Shown here: in pieces, positions 20,488 to 29,074 of the stretch
Numbering within the stretch: position 1 is the first letter of the stretch
Layout: each line of letters begins with the position of its first letter
DNA from: Patescibacteria group bacterium
GTDB lineage: Bacteria; Patescibacteriota; Patescibacteriia; Patescibacteriales; UBA12465
DNA length: 64,000 nt
Direction: 5' to 3'
Assembly: GCA_022710685.1 (NCBI GenBank)
Contig: JAKLGM010000002.1
Span: 1,701-65,700, forward strand
Made by a program: the position numbers and the translations under genes
The notes under the pieces: generated by a model
The model's input: only the letters and a program-made list of their open reading frames with translations
Told to the model about the DNA's origin: nothing
Database searches by the model: none

Positions 20488-20516
20488 TTGACAAGTTTGG
20501 CAATTTTTATTAGAAT
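20488..20516 (+). promoter_or_regulatory. Sigma70-like promoter
   Basis: ttgaca (20488-20493), 17-nt spacer, tagaat (20511-20516), upstream of ORF 20583. Confidence 0.55.
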
Positions 20517-20582
20517 AATAACCTCTTTCATTATAGTACTTTTTTAATCAAATTCATACTAACCCTTAAACCAGTTTTACAA

Positions 20583-20954
20583 ATGAGTGCGTACGACAAG
20601 ACAGTTGAATTATCCCGGGAACAGAGACGCCGGGAACAAGGGGCTTTTGGCCTGATGTTTGTAGTCTTTATTGAATCAAAACCGATCGGTGAAAGATCTA
20701 TCGCTTTGCCGCCGAACTTTTTTGGCCAAAAGAAATTTTCTTTGAAGAAAGGCCGCTTTATCGTCCGGCGTTACAATGATGGCGACAAAATCACGCCGAA
20801 AGACATTAGAAAAGCCATTTTTTTGGGCCCTAAAGTCATTGATGGCCACCGGATCACCTTTTCTGATCCTTATCGGGACGCGGCCCATTTGCCGCTTAAT
20901 AATAAGGTGGAAATAGTTGATGTCCGTTGCCGTCACCGGCATCTGATTGATTAA
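20583..20954 (+). CDS. Hypothetical protein
   Basis: 123-aa ORF with a promoter upstream and a terminator downstream. It is inserted on the opposite strand between ybaB and recR. Confidence 0.55.
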   Translation: MSAYDKTVELSREQRRREQGAFGLMFVVFIESKPIGERSIALPPNFFGQKKFSLKKGRFIVRRYNDGDKITPKDIRKAIFLGPKVIDGHRITFSDPYRDAAHLPLNNKVEIVDVRCRHRHLID

Positions 20955-20968
20955 GAGTTAGCCTTTTC

Positions 20969-21003
20969 TAAAACCCGCATTCGGCTGAATGCGGGTTTTT
21001 TTA
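20969..21003. terminator. Bidirectional intrinsic terminator
   Basis: aaaacccgcattc-ggct-gaatgcgggttttttt. Confidence 0.8.
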
Positions 21004-21015
21004 TATAAGCAGTCT

Positions 21016-21291
21016 TTATTTTAATCCAGGGAAGCCGCCCATTTCCTGCATCTTACGGGCCATCAGTTTCTGAGTTTGTTTGATGGCATCATTGACGGCA
21101 TCTTTGATGGCGCTGGCCATAGCCTCTTTGCTTAGGTCGGAATTTATCTTGATGCCGTTGATTTGCATATTGCCATCCATGGTGATGACTAAACCATTCT
21201 TTTCAGTGGTAACGGTTTCGCCGGAAAGGGCATTCTGCATCTTTTTGGCTTGATCGCGTAAATCTTTTAACTGTTTGAGTTTGTTGAACAT
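21016..21291 (-). CDS. ybaB: Nucleoid-associated protein YbaB/EbfC
   Basis: MFNKLKQLKDLRDQAKKMQNALSGETVTTEKNGLVITMDGNMQINGIKI is the YbaB pattern. I use the ATG at 21291; a TTG at 21303 is the alternative start. Confidence 0.85.
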   Translation of the reverse strand: MFNKLKQLKDLRDQAKKMQNALSGETVTTEKNGLVITMDGNMQINGIKINSDLSKEAMASAIKDAVNDAIKQTQKLMARKMQEMGGFPGLK

Positions 21292-21316
21292 AGGGTTGAA
21301 CAAAATTATATTATTA

Positions 21317-22708
21317 TTAAAATTTGATTGAATCTTCGTTTTGCTTCTTAGTCATATTGCGGAAGCTGGCAGTTTCTTCGGAGAAGTAGAGATCGACGCG
21401 TCCGGTCGGGCCGTTTCTGTGTTTGGCGATATGGATTTCGGCTTTATGTCTTTCTTCCATGGGTAAGTCGTTGGGATTATAGGCGCGGTCGGCGGCTTTG
21501 CGGTAGATAAACATCACGACGTCGGCATCTTGTTCAATGGAACCGGAATCGCGCAGATGGGAGAGTTTTGGGATGGCTGGGCCACCTTGCTGTTCGACGC
21601 TACGGGAGAGCTGGGCTAGAGCTAGAACTGGAATGTCTAATTCACGGGCAATACCTTTCAGACCGCGGCTGATTTCAGAAATTTCCTGTACCCGATTGTC
21701 GCCGTATTTGCCTCGGCCTTCCATTAACTGTAAATAGTCAATAACTATCAAGCCCAAGCCTTTTTCCATTTGCAAGCGGCGGGCTTTAGCTCTAATTTCC
21801 ATCACTGAAACATTGGCGGAATCATCAATATAAATAGGCGCTTCATATAAATGGCTCATAGCTTCATTGATTTTAGGGAAGTCAGTTTCATTCAAGTTGC
21901 CGGTGCGCATTTTCCAGAGGTTGATATCGGCTTGGGAGCAGAGCATACGGTCTACCAATTGCTCTTTACTCATTTCCAAAGAGAAAATACCGACACCCTC
22001 CTTGCTCTTAATGGCAGCTTGGCGGGCAATATCTAAAGCCAGGGCGGTTTTGCCCACGCTCGGACGGGCCGCTAAGATTACTAGGTCTGATTTTTGCAGG
22101 CCGGCTAAGTGGTTGTCCAAATCATGAAAACCGGTAGCTAGACCGCGCGGCTTACCGCTCTTCTTGTGTAATTCATCAATTCTTTCAAAGGCTTGTCCCA
22201 AGAGATCATCAATAGCCATGAAGGAATTTTTCAGGTATTTGCGGGAGACAGCAAAAATTTTTCTTTCGGCCTGGTCTAAAATATTTTCAATTTCTTGCTC
22301 TTCCTGAAAGCTCAAATCCATAATCTCAGAAGAGGCTGATTGCAGGCGGCGCAGGGTAGCTTTGCGTTGGATAATTTGGCCATAGTGGCCGATATTGGCC
22401 GAGGTGGCGGAAAAGTTAGATAGCTGGGCGATGTAGGTGCGGCCGCCAGCTTCTTTCAACTTGTTTTTTTCTTCTAGACGGTTAGTGACAGAAATGATAT
22501 CAATCGGTTCGCGCGCCTCAAATAATTCTTTGATGGTTTCATAGATCAATTGATGGCTGTCCTTGTAGAAGTCGCGTTCCAAAATACTATCGGCCACCTT
22601 AATCATAGCATCCTTGTCTATTAACAAGCAGCTGAGGAATGATTGTTCGGCCTCAATATTCTGGGGCGGAATCTTGGCGCTGATTTCGGTCGGTTTTTTG
22701 TTTTCCAT
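21317..22708 (-). CDS. dnaB: Replicative DNA helicase
   Basis: PPQNIEAEQSFLSCLL, GFHDLD, ARPSVGKTALALD Walker A, IVIDYLQLM, and a length of 463 aa. Confidence 0.93.
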   Translation of the reverse strand: MENKKPTEISAKIPPQNIEAEQSFLSCLLIDKDAMIKVADSILERDFYKDSHQLIYETIKELFEAREPIDIISVTNRLEEKNKLKEAGGRTYIAQLSNFSATSANIGHYGQIIQRKATLRRLQSASSEIMDLSFQEEQEIENILDQAERKIFAVSRKYLKNSFMAIDDLLGQAFERIDELHKKSGKPRGLATGFHDLDNHLAGLQKSDLVILAARPSVGKTALALDIARQAAIKSKEGVGIFSLEMSKEQLVDRMLCSQADINLWKMRTGNLNETDFPKINEAMSHLYEAPIYIDDSANVSVMEIRAKARRLQMEKGLGLIVIDYLQLMEGRGKYGDNRVQEISEISRGLKGIARELDIPVLALAQLSRSVEQQGGPAIPKLSHLRDSGSIEQDADVVMFIYRKAADRAYNPNDLPMEERHKAEIHIAKHRNGPTGRVDLYFSEETASFRNMTKKQNEDSIKF

Positions 22709-22783
22709 GTCCTCATATTAGCAGTCATCGGTCCATCTTTCAAGGATATTTTTCCCCCATTTTTCAACTACTTATGCACACTA

Positions 22784-22812
22784 TTGCCAAACCTTTATTG
22801 TTCTGGTATGAT
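22784..22812 (+). promoter_or_regulatory. Sigma70-like promoter with extended -10 for tRNA-Lys
   Basis: ttgcca (22784-22789), 17-nt spacer ending in TGg, tatgat (22807-22812). Confidence 0.6.
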
Positions 22813-22862
22813 ATTTTCAAGAAAGAAATTTCTTTTTTTATTGGACAAAAAACCAGAAATTT

Positions 22863-22935
22863 GCGCTGTTAGCTCAGCTGGTAGAGCAGCTCCCTTTTAA
22901 GGAGAAGGTCGCAGGTTCGAATCCTGCACGGCGCA
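22863..22935 (+). tRNA. tRNA-Lys (anticodon TTT)
   Basis: Hand-folded cloverleaf: acceptor GCGCTGT/ACGGCGC, D arm GCTC..GAGC, anticodon loop CTTTTAA, T arm GCAGG-TTCGAAT-CCTGC. No encoded CCA. Confidence 0.88.
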
Positions 22936-22937
22936 CA

Positions 22938-22968
22938 GAAAAACAAGCTAGAAATAGCTTGTTTTTTG
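22938..22968 (+). terminator. Intrinsic terminator after tRNA-Lys
   Basis: aaaaacaagcta-gaaa-tagcttgtttttt. Confidence 0.8.
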
Positions 22969-22999
22969 TTCGGGGTAGCTTAAGTTTAGTTTAATTTAC

Positions 23000-23028
23000 T
23001 GGACAAATCCCGGCTAATAATTTAATAT
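23000..23028 (+). promoter_or_regulatory. Sigma70-like promoter for tRNA-Thr/mtaB
   Basis: tggaca (23000-23005), 17-nt spacer, taatat (23023-23028), about 18 nt before the tRNA 5' end. Confidence 0.55.
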
Positions 23029-23045
23029 AGAGCAGTAGTGTTTTT

Positions 23046-23118
23046 GCCGTCTTAGCTCAGCTGGTAGAGCAGCTGTCTTGTAAACAGCAGGTCGTCGGTT
23101 CGAACCCGACAGACGGCT
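23046..23118 (+). tRNA. tRNA-Thr (anticodon TGT)
   Basis: Perfect cloverleaf: GCCGTCT/AGACGGC acceptor, anticodon stem GCTGT/ACAGC, loop CTTGTAA, T arm GTCGG-TTCGAAC-CCGAC. Confidence 0.92.
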
Positions 23119-23119
23119 C

Positions 23120-24376
23120 ATGATTAAGTTTAGAATCTATACCCTTGGTTGCAAGGTCAACCAATATGATTCCGGCCGCTTAGAGCGCTTATTGGCTCAG
23201 AGCGGTTTTATGGTTGGGGCCAAGAAGGTTGATTTGGCTATCATTAATACTTGCGCCGTTACCAAGACGGCCATTGTCAAAGACCGGCGGATGATTAATC
23301 TGGCGCGGAAAGAGAATCCAGGCGCCAGGATCGTCGTTATTGGTTGTTGGCCCAAGGCCTACGAACTGTCTGAAGATGTTGATTTAATCGGGGCAGAGAA
23401 AACCCCGGAATTGACCGCCAAGAAGATCAAGGGATTGTATGGGCCGGGCAAAAAAGGAGTCTACAATCACTCGGCTTCGTTATTATCAGCTAACTCTGAT
23501 CGCTCCCGCTATTTTATCAAAGTCCAGGATGGCTGCAATCAATTCTGTTCCTATTGCATCATCCCCTATACCCGCGGCCGCCTGCACAGCCGGCCGCAAT
23601 CTCAGATTATCGCTGAGGTCAAAGCCGCTGTCGCTTCTGGCTATCAAGAAGTCGTCTTGTCTGGAATCCATTTAGGATTGTATGGCCAGGAAAAAGCGGG
23701 AAACAAGACTAACTTAGTGGTTTTAATGAAGAAAGTTTTGGCCATCAGGGGCTTGGGCCGTTTGCGTCTGAGCTCGATTGAGATTACGGAAGTGACTGAT
23801 GAGTTGATAGGATTGATGGTGCAGAATAAAAAAGTTTGTCAGCATCTTCATATTTCGCTGCAATCCGGTTCTGACAAGATTCTTTCCCTCATGAACCGCC
23901 CTTATGATTCTAAATATTTTTTATCGCGGGTGAAAAAATTACGCCAAGCCTTGCCGTTCGTAGCTATTAGCACTGACGTTATTGTCGGTTTCCCGGGCGA
24001 GACTGACAAAGATTTTTCCGCTACCTATAGTTTTTGCCGCGAGGTAGGGTTCAGTAAGATTCATGTTTTTTCTTTTTCGGCCCATGAAAAAACCCCGGCT
24101 GCCCAGATGTCGGGCGTAGTAGCATCTGAGAAGATTAAAGAGCGGTCGCAGAAATTACGTTCTCTGTCGGCTGAATTGGAAACAAAGTATCAGGCTGAGA
24201 TCAAGGATTATTTTTCCGGCCAAGAGTTAGCGGTGGTGGTTGAAGGGGAAAAAAATGGACGCCTCAAGGGCAAGACCGAGTTTTATTTTGATATCTATTT
24301 TTCTAGCAAGCAGATAATCTCAGCTAGTCGGAAGAAACCCAAATTAGGAGATCTGGTCCGGATTATCTTGCTTTAA
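23120..24376 (+). CDS. mtaB: Radical-SAM methylthiotransferase, MtaB-like (MiaB/RimO family)
   Basis: The N-terminal UPF0004 domain has YTLGCKVNQYDS. The radical SAM domain has CNQFCSYCIIPYTRG. There is a C-terminal TRAM-like region. It is 418 aa with no MiaB-type N-terminal extension. Confidence 0.8.
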   Translation: MIKFRIYTLGCKVNQYDSGRLERLLAQSGFMVGAKKVDLAIINTCAVTKTAIVKDRRMINLARKENPGARIVVIGCWPKAYELSEDVDLIGAEKTPELTAKKIKGLYGPGKKGVYNHSASLLSANSDRSRYFIKVQDGCNQFCSYCIIPYTRGRLHSRPQSQIIAEVKAAVASGYQEVVLSGIHLGLYGQEKAGNKTNLVVLMKKVLAIRGLGRLRLSSIEITEVTDELIGLMVQNKKVCQHLHISLQSGSDKILSLMNRPYDSKYFLSRVKKLRQALPFVAISTDVIVGFPGETDKDFSATYSFCREVGFSKIHVFSFSAHEKTPAAQMSGVVASEKIKERSQKLRSLSAELETKYQAEIKDYFSGQELAVVVEGEKNGRLKGKTEFYFDIYFSSKQIISASRKKPKLGDLVRIILL

Positions 24377-24515
24377 TAATATTGGTTTGACTAAAACGTC
24401 GTTTCTAAAGGCATTTTCCGATTTTTTACGTTTAGTATTGACAAAATTAGTATTTTTTGTTATTTCTTAGGTATATATTCACCTTAACAACCAACCAAGG
24501 ACAAAATCTAAAATC

Positions 24516-25220
24516 ATGAAATCATTGAAGTCACTATCGACCAAAGAGCTCGTGCTGAAGCTTAAGAAGCTTACGGCGCCGCTCGACAATGATGGAAAGA
24601 TATCCAAGGCGATTGATTTCAGTTTGTCCCTACATGCCAAGCAGAAAGACCGACAAGCCGATGGTCCCTACATCAACCATGTGTTGCGTGTGACCATTAG
24701 GAGTATCCTTCTGGGCCTAAGAGAACCCGAAGGAATTATTGCCGCTCTTATGCATGATTCAATTGAGGATCAATTGCAGGGATTAGCTAAAGCTTCATCT
24801 AAGTCAACAGTTGGCGCCGGCGATCCGGAAAGAATTGCCGCCCATGCTATTGTCAGTCTCTTTGGAGAAAGGGTTTTGGAGTTAGTCGGCCATCTTACCA
24901 TTCCGGGGTGGCAATATGCCCTGGATCCTAATGGAAAGAATCGTTGTTATGTAGAACACGTGGAAAAGCTTTTTAACATCCACCGTTCTGTCATAATAAT
25001 CAAATTAGCCGACTTCCTGGATAATGCTTGTAGCCTGTTGGATCTGCCCACGCCTGATTTGCAAAAGCGTGGCGCCAGTAAATACCAACCGGTTTATAGC
25101 TTGTTTATAATAAAAATCCAAACTGGACTGCTGCCAATAGAGAATGCTCCCGAAACTTTAGCTGAATTAAAAAACGGCCTCGATGATGCCACGAAAATTC
25201 TAACCACTATCATCGACTGA
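24516..25220 (+). CDS. HD-domain protein, RelA/SpoT-type (p)ppGpp hydrolase-like
   Basis: YINHVLRV ... AALMHDSIED is the HD motif pattern of the SpoT/Mesh1 hydrolase domain. There is no synthetase domain. Confidence 0.65.
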   Translation: MKSLKSLSTKELVLKLKKLTAPLDNDGKISKAIDFSLSLHAKQKDRQADGPYINHVLRVTIRSILLGLREPEGIIAALMHDSIEDQLQGLAKASSKSTVGAGDPERIAAHAIVSLFGERVLELVGHLTIPGWQYALDPNGKNRCYVEHVEKLFNIHRSVIIIKLADFLDNACSLLDLPTPDLQKRGASKYQPVYSLFIIKIQTGLLPIENAPETLAELKNGLDDATKILTTIID

Positions 25221-25244
25221 AAAACTTGGATATCTGCCATCTTT

Positions 25245-25273
25245 AAGGAGCGACCAGAAAATCGCTCCTTTTA
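25245..25273 (+). terminator. Intrinsic terminator after the HD-domain gene
   Basis: aggagcga-ccagaaaa-tcgctcct followed by ttt. Confidence 0.6.
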
Positions 25274-25339
25274 CTTTGCTCTGGACAAATATCATCTATT
25301 GCCTTAAGATAATTCTCAAGCACCTTAAAAAATTGAGCC

Positions 25340-25714
25340 ATGGCAAAACAGAATTCTACAGACTCAGACCGGAAGAATAAAGGCAAAAAGGGCAAGGATG
25401 ATGCTCTGCGAGAACGAAAATCCAAAAATTTAGCTCCGACCGACCATCACATTGTTCCTTCCAGTCGCATGCATGAACCGGAATACCAGGAGTATATTGG
25501 CAAGAGCAACCTAACCATCGTGCCGGATTATCCGCATCACGACTACCATCATCTTTTTTTCAATTTAACCCCGCCCGAAGTCCTAGCTAAGCTGGTGACT
25601 GATTTCTGGGGCGGCCAGACTTTTTGGCTCCAAAAGTATTTAGAAAATCCCGAACATTTTTTGGCTACCATGCGCGAAGCCGAAAAAGGCCAGTTCAAAA
25701 AGCACCCTCGTTGA
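25340..25714 (+). CDS. Hypothetical His-rich basic protein
   Basis: 124-aa ORF with a Lys-rich N-terminus and DHHIVPSSR ... HHDYHHLF. A candidate promoter is tggaca-17-taagat at 25282-25310. I am not confident of any family. Confidence 0.5.
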   Translation: MAKQNSTDSDRKNKGKKGKDDALRERKSKNLAPTDHHIVPSSRMHEPEYQEYIGKSNLTIVPDYPHHDYHHLFFNLTPPEVLAKLVTDFWGGQTFWLQKYLENPEHFLATMREAEKGQFKKHPR

Positions 25715-25732
25715 GGTGCTTTTTTATTTGAT

Positions 25733-25762
25733 TAAAAAAGCCGTAACTTGTTAGTTACGGCT
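25733..25762 (-). terminator. Intrinsic terminator downstream of CDS 25769-26788
   Basis: agccgtaact-tgtt-agttacggct with a T run on the minus strand. Confidence 0.75.
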
Positions 25763-25768
25763 CCTGTT

Positions 25769-26788
25769 TTAGTAGCGGACAATTAGATATCCGTTGAGAG
25801 TTTTATAGAGCAGATCATAGCGCAGTTCGACGGTTCCTTGCCAGTCATTAAATTTCCATGATTTATAGAGTTCGAATGATGGCGCGAGGCGAAGATCAGT
25901 TTGATATTCGCTGTTTATCCCGACGGCAACGCGTAAGAGTTCATCTCCAATCTTTTTCCCCATCATGATTTCATAGTTTTGGACACCGTTTGTGCGGCGG
26001 CCGTCAACTTTCAGGGAATATTCGCCTTTGGTGCAAATCGGAGAGAAATGTTTGTAGTAGAATACTGGCACTACCATGTAGCTGGTGCCTTCGACGTATG
26101 AATCCTGACAGAAAAATTTCTGGTTGATTTCTCCAAAGCCGCTTTGGGAGCGGAACCAGAAGTTGCCAGTTTCAGGCTGGTAGTTGATGAAGGTGAAATT
26201 TCCAAAGCGCTTGAGGTTTTTAGTTCCCACAAATCCCCAATACTGGCGATCCTGTTTACCTACGGCGATAAAAGCGTGTTTGGGGTGATAGGCTAGCCAG
26301 CCATAAGTAGCATCTTGTTTCGTCATTTTTTTTCCCAGCATCGGATGGTAGGACAGGGCGTAGAATTCAGTAGTGAAATTGCGGTAAGATAATCTGGTGC
26401 CGGCGAAATCCCAGGGTTTACTGGCGGGACTGACAATTCGGCCTAATTCTACCGTAGCGCTGAATTTTCCCCATTTCTTGGAAGCCCAGGTATCAAAAGC
26501 AAATTGGTCTTCCTCATTGCCATCACCTGATTTAAGTATCACGCCGCCCCAGCTGCTAGTTGAATCCGAAATTATCTTAGGCATTATGACGCCCAAGACA
26601 TCGCGGCCGTTGGCTTTGTAGTCATACTTGAAACTGATGGTCGGGGTGCTGATTTCAATCCTTTGAGTCAGGACTTGAGAACTGAGGGTGTCGACTTTAA
26701 AGGAGTTTTCCAGATTGACGGATTGTCCCCAAAGATAACTTTGGGTCAGAAAACAGATAGCGATAATCATTGCAATATTTTTGTTCAT
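25769..26788 (-). CDS. Secreted beta-rich protein, outer-membrane beta-barrel-like
   Basis: Signal peptide MNKNIAMIIAICFLTQSYLWGQS. It has many alternating hydrophobic/aromatic strands and ends in ...GYLIVRY, a C-terminal aromatic like an OMP beta-signal. Confidence 0.55.
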   Translation of the reverse strand: MNKNIAMIIAICFLTQSYLWGQSVNLENSFKVDTLSSQVLTQRIEISTPTISFKYDYKANGRDVLGVIMPKIISDSTSSWGGVILKSGDGNEEDQFAFDTWASKKWGKFSATVELGRIVSPASKPWDFAGTRLSYRNFTTEFYALSYHPMLGKKMTKQDATYGWLAYHPKHAFIAVGKQDRQYWGFVGTKNLKRFGNFTFINYQPETGNFWFRSQSGFGEINQKFFCQDSYVEGTSYMVVPVFYYKHFSPICTKGEYSLKVDGRRTNGVQNYEIMMGKKIGDELLRVAVGINSEYQTDLRLAPSFELYKSWKFNDWQGTVELRYDLLYKTLNGYLIVRY

Positions 26789-26863
26789 TTTAATTTCCTC
26801 CTAACTTAATTAATAATTGTTTGATGCGACCGTCGCTTTAGCGCCAATCGTTTTAGGCAATTA

Positions 26864-28009
26864 CTAATAAGTCAGGGGAACCGGATCAGGATTTTTTTTG
26901 AATCCTGAATGTTTCTCTGGCGCTGGAGGCCAAATTACCTTCCAGACTAGGAATTCCGGTTTGATAAAGTGATCAAAAAATACTATCGCCGGACTCGCCG
27001 CTTGGTCGTCGTGAGGCTCTAATTGCTGCCCGTTGATTCCGGGAGGAGCTTTGACCTCCAAGTGATATCCGATAGTTCCGTGGTTTTGACAATAGCTGGT
27101 TTCAGCCCCCCAAGTTTTGGGAGCTAACAAGAGCAGCGTCGTTATTGCCATCACTGGCAACAAAGCTTGCTGGCGCCGGAAGCCACGGTTATCAAGATAC
27201 TGGCGGTAATCGCTCACCTTCAGGTTGCTGGCGGCGAAACGTTTGATGTCAGCCATTTCATCGTCGGAAATCATTGAGAAGATATCGGTTTGCCGACGTT
27301 TTAGTTCAATCTTCATCGCCCACATTCTGGTGCCGAAGCGCCAGGATTTATGCCATACCCGGATAATAGTTACGGGGTAGAGCAATAGGCAGATCAAGAA
27401 GCTTAGGGGGTTGTTAATGCGAATTTTTTCTTTTTCTTGATACCACCAGATCCACAGGAGAAAAAATGCCAGTGGAAAATTCTTTAAGTAGAATGTCCCT
27501 AGCCAGAATATGATGCTGAGCAATAAGTCAGCCCAGAAGCCAGGGCGGTTAACCTTGGCATTAAATTCATCTCTTCTTTTTTGGCTATCAGGGTCAATAA
27601 GCAATTCGCATTTTTTTTGAGCAACAGTCAGTCGCTCCTGGAATTTTTGGTACTCTTCCTCGGAATCTTGCTGCCGGTGGCGGCAAACATTCTCATGGAA
27701 TACAGCCAGGAGTTCGTTGATGGAATTATTGACCATAATTACAACACTACGGTCAAAGTCATTGTTTTGTTGCTTTATTTTGATTTCCGTCAGGTCGGCA
27801 AAATAAAGCTCGGGGGTGTAATTTTCGCCCCACATCTGGGCTTGGCGTATTTTTCCATTTAAATATTCTTGGTCTCCTTTCCCGCCATCCGCCTTAAAGG
27901 GCGGTTGGGGGCCTGATTCAATATTATTGAATAAAGAGAAGAAACCGATATTATAAAGGAAAAAGCCGGCCAGGATGATTTTTGCCATAATTAGCGCGAC
28001 CTTTTTCAT
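26864..28009 (-). CDS. Hypothetical multi-pass membrane protein
   Basis: 381-aa ORF with an N-terminal TM helix and a central cluster of TM helices (FWADLLLSIIFWLGTFYL, LAFFLLWIWWY, LSFLICLLLYPVTII). Confidence 0.55.
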   Translation of the reverse strand: MKKVALIMAKIILAGFFLYNIGFFSLFNNIESGPQPPFKADGGKGDQEYLNGKIRQAQMWGENYTPELYFADLTEIKIKQQNNDFDRSVVIMVNNSINELLAVFHENVCRHRQQDSEEEYQKFQERLTVAQKKCELLIDPDSQKRRDEFNAKVNRPGFWADLLLSIIFWLGTFYLKNFPLAFFLLWIWWYQEKEKIRINNPLSFLICLLLYPVTIIRVWHKSWRFGTRMWAMKIELKRRQTDIFSMISDDEMADIKRFAASNLKVSDYRQYLDNRGFRRQQALLPVMAITTLLLLAPKTWGAETSYCQNHGTIGYHLEVKAPPGINGQQLEPHDDQAASPAIVFFDHFIKPEFLVWKVIWPPAPEKHSGFKKNPDPVPLTY

Positions 28010-28218
28010 GATTAGTCAGATTTGTGGTTTATATTAATTTGTCAAAGAAAATTGCCATTTTGGGCAACATATCATAATATCATTTTTTACAACTTTTGTC
28101 AATATCATACTATGGCTATTTTCCAGTAAATTGACACTTTTTTACGGTTTTGTTAGCATGATGAGATTAGTCAAAATCAATCTGTTCTTAATAATAACTA
28201 ACAAAAAAAGGAGGTCTA

Positions 28219-28944
28219 ATGAAAGAAATCATGGCTATCGCTGAAAAGAATTTTTTGGCACTTAAAAACAACCCTTATCCGGGACGAGGGATTATCGTCG
28301 GCGCCGATGCCGCTGGAAAAAATTTAGTCTTGGGATACTGGATTATGGGCCGAAGCCCCAATAGCCGTAATCGCATTTTTGTTTTGAGACCGGACGAATC
28401 TTTGGAGACTGCTCCGGCTGATCCCAGCAAGGTAGAGGATTCCAGTTTGATTATTTACCGCGCAATGGCTCAAAACCGTTCAATGGGTGTTTATGTGGTC
28501 AGTAATGGCCATCAGACTGATGATGCCTTGGAATGGGGATCGGATAATCTGCCAGCTGATTGGCAATATGAACCGGATGCGCCAAATTTTACTCCCCGAA
28601 TTACTGCCGGAATCAGCTTAATGGAAGGGGATAGTGCGGTGGCCTTGGTGAGCATCTTGAAGAAATCTCCTTTCAGCGAAGCTTGCGACCGTTATAACTA
28701 TCATCTGGCTTTGGCTCCGGGCTTGGGCTATTGCATCACCACTTATTCTGGCGACGGCAAACCTTTGCCGCCATTCCAGGGCGATCCTTATCTCGTGCCC
28801 CTGGCTGGAGACATCAAAGAAATGGCTCAGACAATCTGGTCCGCCCTCAACGAAGACAACCGGGTATCGCTGGCGCTAAAATTTATCAACACTGAAAACA
28901 ATAGAGTTACTGTGGAGATAATCAACAAATACTGCGCTATTTGA
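28219..28944 (+). CDS. purO: IMP cyclohydrolase, archaeal PurO family
   Basis: YPGRGIIVGADAAGKNLVLGYWIMGRSPNSRNR, VVSNGHQTD and FTPRITAG parallel the M. jannaschii PurO blocks YLGRILAVGRNSNG..YRVSSRSFPNR, VVSNGSHTD and NTPRIAA. A strong AGGAGG RBS lies at 28210. Confidence 0.72.
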   Translation: MKEIMAIAEKNFLALKNNPYPGRGIIVGADAAGKNLVLGYWIMGRSPNSRNRIFVLRPDESLETAPADPSKVEDSSLIIYRAMAQNRSMGVYVVSNGHQTDDALEWGSDNLPADWQYEPDAPNFTPRITAGISLMEGDSAVALVSILKKSPFSEACDRYNYHLALAPGLGYCITTYSGDGKPLPPFQGDPYLVPLAGDIKEMAQTIWSALNEDNRVSLALKFINTENNRVTVEIINKYCAI

Positions 28945-29006
28945 CCCCCCAAAAGCTTCAATTAAAAGAAAACCCCGCCGAGTAATCTATGGGGTTTTTA
29001 TATTTG

Positions 29007-29036
29007 TTGTAATATTTTTTTAAGCGGGTGTATAAT
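29007..29036 (+). promoter_or_regulatory. Candidate promoter of the first tandem pilin gene
   Basis: ttgtaa, 18-nt spacer, tataat (29031-29036). The flanks resemble the promoter at 30438-30466, but there is no G tract. Confidence 0.45.
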
Positions 29037-29074
29037 ATGAATATTATAAAGGTTAGGCTTTAACTTCATTTAAT

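Noticed and set aside
25243-25425. A 60-aa minus-strand ORF.
   Set aside because: It spans a terminator hairpin and the promoter and start region of the plus-strand gene 25340-25714, and has no supporting signals.
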